A stretch of DNA of 64,000 nt from an uncultured Bacillales bacterium (lineage in GTDB: Bacteria; Bacillota_I; Bacilli_A; RF39; UBA660). Within the stretch, counting starts at the first letter, position 1. Each line of letters opens with the position of its first letter. Where the stretch lies: contig CABSFU010000003.1 in NCBI GenBank assembly GCA_902477075.1, forward strand, positions 34,277-98,276, in the 5' to 3' direction. The translations under genes were made by a program, and so were the position numbers. This document shows positions 59,872-64,000 of this stretch, in pieces. Under the pieces are notes generated by a model. That model saw nothing but the letters and a program-made list of their open reading frames with translations, was not told where the DNA came from and did no database searches.

Positions 59872-61060
59872 ATTTATTTTCCCTTTCTTTTTTCTTTTCT
59901 TGCTAACTGGATGCTGGAACTATAGAGAATTAAATCAACTAGCAATTTCTACCGGAATTGCCGTAGATAAATCGGAAGATGGTAAATATGAGGTAAGCGT
60001 CTTAATTTCAAATGCTAAAAAATCACAAGTTAGTTCTAAAGAAGGTGAAAGTCAAACTATCGTATATTCAGATAAAGGAAATACCATTTCTGAAGCTATT
60101 CGTAATATCAATTTACAACTTTCTAAAGACATTTATATTGGACATTTGACTGTAATTGTTATTAATGAAGAAGTAGCAAAAGATGGATTATATCCGATAC
60201 TAGATTACTTTCTACGCGATCCCGAATCTGTTAAACGTTTTTTTATCATAATTTCTCATGAAGCAAAGGCATCCGATGTTATTTCTACATTATCTCCATT
60301 AGAAACTTTTCCATCTCAAAACATTTATTTTAATTTAAAATCTGCTACTAATTCACAGGCTGTATCTCCTAGTATAACCTACAGTAAATTTATTGAAAAT
60401 ATCGTAAAACCAGGAGCAGAAGCTACTGCACCTTCTATTCTAATTTTAGGAAATGCGGAGGAAGCACAAAGTAGTGATAGTTTACAACAATCTGTACCAG
60501 AAGCGGTTCTAAAATTAGGAAATGTTGCCATTTTTGATGACGATGTCTTAGTTGGATATGCTAATGAAAAAGAAAGTAGAGGGATTAATGTTATCAATCA
60601 TAATGTTACTAGTACTACAGCAACATTTGAATATAAAAGTCATTACATTACTGTTAACTTAACTAATATTTCTGTTTCTAATGAAGTCAATATGGTGGAT
60701 AATACACCAGTTATTACTGTTAATTACAAAGCAGATGCTGCCATTAGGGAGTTATCTAGTTCTCTTAACATAGATGAAGTTGATACAATTCAAGATATTG
60801 AATCTGCTATTGAAGATAATGTCAAAAGTATTCTAAATCAAGCAATTGACTGTGCACAAAAAAAATACAAATCTGATATTTTTGGATTTGGGAATCTAAT
60901 CTATAAAAAGTTCCCTCATTATTTTTTAAATATTCATCAAGATTGGAGTCATGATGTATTTCCAAATTTAAAAATTAATCATGAAGTAAAGGTAAATTTA
61001 CAAACAAAAGGGTCATTAGAACAATCGATAGGAGGATTACAAGATGAAGTCACAAATTAA
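59861..61060 (+). CDS. Ger(x)C-family spore germination lipoprotein
   Basis: Lipobox LLTGCWNYRELN, and its position between the A and B subunits. ATG at 59861 follows AGGTGA. Confidence 0.85.
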   Translation: MKIKFIFPFFFLFLLTGCWNYRELNQLAISTGIAVDKSEDGKYEVSVLISNAKKSQVSSKEGESQTIVYSDKGNTISEAIRNINLQLSKDIYIGHLTVIVINEEVAKDGLYPILDYFLRDPESVKRFFIIISHEAKASDVISTLSPLETFPSQNIYFNLKSATNSQAVSPSITYSKFIENIVKPGAEATAPSILILGNAEEAQSSDSLQQSVPEAVLKLGNVAIFDDDVLVGYANEKESRGINVINHNVTSTTATFEYKSHYITVNLTNISVSNEVNMVDNTPVITVNYKADAAIRELSSSLNIDEVDTIQDIESAIEDNVKSILNQAIDCAQKKYKSDIFGFGNLIYKKFPHYFLNIHQDWSHDVFPNLKINHEVKVNLQTKGSLEQSIGGLQDEVTN

Positions 61061-62135
61061 AAATATGGAAATAAACGTCTTAATGTGGTTTTTGATGAGC
61101 TCTGGTGTAATTGGAATAACTTTTAATACACTCATTAGTGTAGCAAAACAAGATGCTTGCATTGCGCCTATTATCGGTATAATTATTGGCTTTGTTCCAT
61201 TAATTATTTTTATTAAATTGATGAATTATAAAAATGATTCTAATATCAATGACATATTGTATGAACAATTTGGGATTTTTGGTAAAATCATTAGTTTATT
61301 TATATGTGGAATGATATCATTTTATATCATTGTCAATTTTTATAATTTAACAAACTTTATAAGTTCAGAGTATCTTTATAGTACACCTAAATTTTTCATT
61401 GCTATTATGTTTGTCATTCCTATTTTATATGCATTAATTCATCCGTTTCAAACATTCACAAGAAGCATTATAATATTTGGATATATTTCCTTTTTCCTAT
61501 TTATTGTAGGACTGATTGGTTTATCAATTCAAACTATGCCAGAAAATATTATGCCACTTTTAGTCAATGGAATTGGTCCATCGATACATGCCAGCTTTTA
61601 CGATGTTTGTTACATTACACTTCCTCTTTTTTTGCTTACCATTATTCCAAAAAAAGATATTCGAAATAATGAAAAACTTACTAAAAGAATGATTATTACC
61701 TATCTTTTATCTTCTTTTGTTGTTTGTACCATTACTTATGTTGTTTTATCTGTATTTGGAATTGAATTATCTCTTTTATATCAATATCCAACCTATAATA
61801 TTTTAAAAAGAATTTCTCTTTTATCAATTTTTGACAGGATTGAAAGTATTGTTGCAATTATGTGGATTCTATTTTTATACGTCACTTGCACAATGGGATG
61901 TTATTATATTAAAAAGACTTTTTTTCAAGTATTTTCTTGGCAAGAGGGTAAAGTGACAAATGGAATTATCTTTATAATTCTATGTGTTATTCTATTTACA
62001 AGTATTTTTATTTTTCCAAATAATACGTTTGTAAATCATATGTTATTATCGTTTTACCCTGTATTATTAAGCGTATTCTTCTTTTTCATTCCATGTTTTC
62101 TTTTAATCATAATAAAAATTAGGAAAAAGCAATAA
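61044..62135 (+). CDS. Spore germination protein B subunit (GerAB/APC-type permease)
   Basis: About 10 TM segments, GGAGGA RBS, and an overlap with the gerC-type gene. Confidence 0.85.
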   Translation: MKSQIKNMEINVLMWFLMSSGVIGITFNTLISVAKQDACIAPIIGIIIGFVPLIIFIKLMNYKNDSNINDILYEQFGIFGKIISLFICGMISFYIIVNFYNLTNFISSEYLYSTPKFFIAIMFVIPILYALIHPFQTFTRSIIIFGYISFFLFIVGLIGLSIQTMPENIMPLLVNGIGPSIHASFYDVCYITLPLFLLTIIPKKDIRNNEKLTKRMIITYLLSSFVVCTITYVVLSVFGIELSLLYQYPTYNILKRISLLSIFDRIESIVAIMWILFLYVTCTMGCYYIKKTFFQVFSWQEGKVTNGIIFIILCVILFTSIFIFPNNTFVNHMLLSFYPVLLSVFFFFIPCFLLIIIKIRKKQ

Positions 62136-62176
62136 AAAACTGATATAATACCGACTTTTGGTATATATCAGTTTTT

Positions 62177-63298
62177 TTAATATATTTGAAAAGTTGTAAA
62201 ATTATAATATGTGTGCCAGTTTCCATATTTACTTAATGTTACTCTAAGTGTATATTTTCCTTGCAATGCTGAAATATCTTTTGTAATATTAACCGACAAA
62301 CTACCACCAGTATATGATGCACTATATAATGTAGTAGTCACTCCACTCTCCGAAATTAATTGAATATTGATTGGAACTGCTTGACTAGTTGATCCAAAAC
62401 CACTTGCTGTTCCAATAATACGTAAAGTTTTATAATAAGTTAAATCAATTGCATTTCTTGTATAGACTAAACTTTTTATTGTAGCATCACTATAAGTACC
62501 GGTATCAGCAGTTGATAAGTATAAGCGATTTTCATCTGATATTTTTTTTGAATTGTATGTCTGACCAGTAGCATTCCAGTTTGAAACTTCGTCTGTATTA
62601 ATAAAATTTATCGCTTTTGGAAATAATCTATCCCACATGGCCTGTAAAGCTTCTGAGGTACTAGTAACTTTAGAATTACTAGAATAATCAAAATTGATTT
62701 CATTTCTACTTAAAACATTTATTTTTTCCGAATTTTCTTTTAGTATGCTAGATAAGTTTTCCATATTGGTATTTATTACATTAATTTGATCTTGCAAATT
62801 ACCTACTAAATTATCAACCTCATCTTTGGAATAAACATTACTAACATTACCTGTTCCATTATCTAACATTGCTACATATTTATTGGTTAAAGCATCAAAT
62901 CCTATGATACAATTTCCAGCTTTTCTTTCTCCTACGATAATTCCACTATTATAGTTTTTATATACATAATAGGTATCATTTGAGATACAAACGCTTGTAT
63001 TTCCTTCTTTATCTAAATAAAGTTTCCCTTCTCCATCTATATTTCCTTTATATTCTAGTTTTTCTCCCTTTATGGTACTTCCTTGATGTTCTTCGTCAAA
63101 CAAAAATTCATAGACTCCTGTATCATGACTCATTGTAAAATAATTAGTCGAATCTAATATTCCTTGTACACTAGACGCTAGTGCTTGCTTTTTACTTTCT
63201 TCAATTACATTTGTTATCATCGGTACGGTGATTAAGATAATCACTGATAATATAACAATCACAGCTAATAGTTCAATTAATGTAAATCCTTTTTTCAT
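62177..63298 (-). CDS. Large protein with a prepilin-type N-terminal cleavage/methylation signal (type IV pilin/pseudopilin-like)
   Basis: MKKGFTLIELLAVIVILSVIILI, followed by about 350 aa of non-pilin-looking sequence. Start taken at 63298 (good AGGAAGG spacing); the track start is 63307. Confidence 0.7.
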   Translation of the reverse strand: MKKGFTLIELLAVIVILSVIILITVPMITNVIEESKKQALASSVQGILDSTNYFTMSHDTGVYEFLFDEEHQGSTIKGEKLEYKGNIDGEGKLYLDKEGNTSVCISNDTYYVYKNYNSGIIVGERKAGNCIIGFDALTNKYVAMLDNGTGNVSNVYSKDEVDNLVGNLQDQINVINTNMENLSSILKENSEKINVLSRNEINFDYSSNSKVTSTSEALQAMWDRLFPKAINFINTDEVSNWNATGQTYNSKKISDENRLYLSTADTGTYSDATIKSLVYTRNAIDLTYYKTLRIIGTASGFGSTSQAVPINIQLISESGVTTTLYSASYTGGSLSVNITKDISALQGKYTLRVTLSKYGNWHTYYNFTTFQIY

Positions 63299-63348
63299 GT
63301 TCTTCATCCTTCCTTTTTATAGCAACGAAAAAAGAGGTATGTAAAATA

Positions 63349-63358
63349 CCCCCCCCCC
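63349..63358 (-). repeat. Homopolymeric G10 tract (C10 on the plus strand) in the leader of the pilin-like gene
   Basis: Counted directly as c63349-c63358. It follows hairpin GTTTGC-tatat-GCAAAC (63375-63359) and lies 51-60 nt upstream of the ATG at 63298. Confidence 0.9.
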
Positions 63359-63401
63359 GTTTGCATATAGCAAACATTGGAAAATTTGCTATCTACAAAC
63401 T

Positions 63402-63429
63402 ATATTACTATTTTTATTGCCAGATTCAA
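63402..63429 (-). promoter_or_regulatory. Candidate sigma-A promoter of the pilin-like gene
   Basis: TTGAAT (63429-63424), 16-nt spacer, TAATAT (63407-63402). Confidence 0.3.
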
Positions 63430-63458
63430 TATATCAAAACATATATCTTTTTTAATAC

Positions 63459-64000
63459 TTATTTCAATATATTGAAAATTAAAACTACTGCACCTATTAA
63501 AAAAGAAATAGTTAAAATGGATACTAATATTTTTATCAATATGTTATTTGTTTTTAAATGATTTTTGATATCTGTTAATTCTTCAAAATCCTCCTCTTTA
63601 AATCCTAAGCTGGATGTATAAAAAGACTTATCAATCTCCGTTTTCTCCTCTTTTTTGCTTTCCGATTTTTTAGCCTCTTCCAATAATTTTTTAATGGATT
63701 CACTTCCACTAGAAACAGTATTTTCATTAGATTTTAAGTCGTCTAATAAGTCTAAGCTTAATTCTTTATCTGTCATAGAATTTAACATACTAGTATTGGA
63801 TATTGTATTAATTAATTCTTTTAATGTGTTTTCATCAGTTCCAATTTCCATTTCTTTTCTTCTTTTATCACGCAAATCTTTAAAGATATCATAACTAGTA
63901 TTATTCATAGATTTATGCTGATCTACATTTGTTCGATTATTTTTGGCATTATTTAAAATTTCTCTAATATCGTAGTTTTTTTCTTCTTCCTCTTCATATT
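63459..64000 (-). CDS. C-terminal part of a tail-anchored membrane protein; the frame stays open to the right edge
   Basis: The track lists 63459-63908. I read the codons upstream of that Met (…YEEEEEKNYDIREILNNAKNNRTNVDQHKS-M) and found no stop up to 64000. C-terminal TM ILVSILTISFLIGAVVLIF. Confidence 0.5.
   Translation of the reverse strand, partial: YEEEEEKNYDIREILNNAKNNRTNVDQHKSMNNTSYDIFKDLRDKRRKEMEIGTDENTLKELINTISNTSMLNSMTDKELSLDLLDDLKSNENTVSSGSESIKKLLEEAKKSESKKEEKTEIDKSFYTSSLGFKEEDFEELTDIKNHLKTNNILIKILVSILTISFLIGAVVLIFNILK

Noticed and set aside
58650-60597. Minus-strand ORFs 58650-58883, 59364-59687 and 60379-60597
   Set aside because: They are antisense to the gerA-type and gerC-type genes.
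63361-63561. 66-aa plus-strand ORF in the pilin upstream region
   Set aside because: It has a non-ATG start, no RBS, and overlaps the 3' end of the minus-strand tail-anchored protein gene. The region is better explained as promoter and leader.

Overview
Very AT-rich chromosomal segment from a spore-forming Firmicute (gene content looks Erysipelotrichia/Clostridia-like; the taxon is a guess). Almost everything is on the minus strand and tightly packed. No rRNA, CRISPR array, transposase or integrase was found.

Core genes recognised by motif:
- Housekeeping: ligA, pcrA, trmL, mutY, scpA/scpB, rlmD-like, RNase J, gpmI, and one tRNA-Leu(CAA).
- Spore genes: a gerK-type germinant receptor operon in A-C-B order, two collagen-like BclA-type proteins, and a CotY/Z-like Cys-rich protein.
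- Envelope genes: a sortase with a surface adhesin. A large polysaccharide/teichoic-type locus at 48.6-58.3 kb includes a GT2 + GT-C + GtrA trio, several GT2s, an ABC-2 exporter and an O-antigen-ligase-like protein.

The left 6.8 kb differs in character and looks like a defence-type accessory island running off the left edge:
- A tightly coupled four-gene string: AbiEi-like wHTH, then Fic, then a tandem-Dam (FokI-methylase-like) methyltransferase, then a putative nuclease.
- A DUF3892-like gene flanked by two candidate small structured RNAs.
- A monocistronic AAA_21/ABC-type ATPase whose promoter is overlapped by a perfect 13-bp palindrome.
- The island ends at a truncated amidase gene.

My best candidate for an undescribed system is the AbiEi-like/Fic pair fused onto the R-M operon, followed by the orphan ATPase with its upstream sRNA-like unit. 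Both rest on motif recognition and gene order, not on any search.

Other oddities:
- gpmI reads through into a transmembrane helix and a roughly 390-aa extracellular domain. That domain has a stand-alone paralogue and a decayed fragment elsewhere in the window.
- A second Fic gene with a small upstream ORF overlaps the start of pcrA.
- A G10 tract sits in the leader of an orphan giant pilin-like gene.
- A 14-nt exact direct repeat brackets the promoter and start codon of the adhesin.
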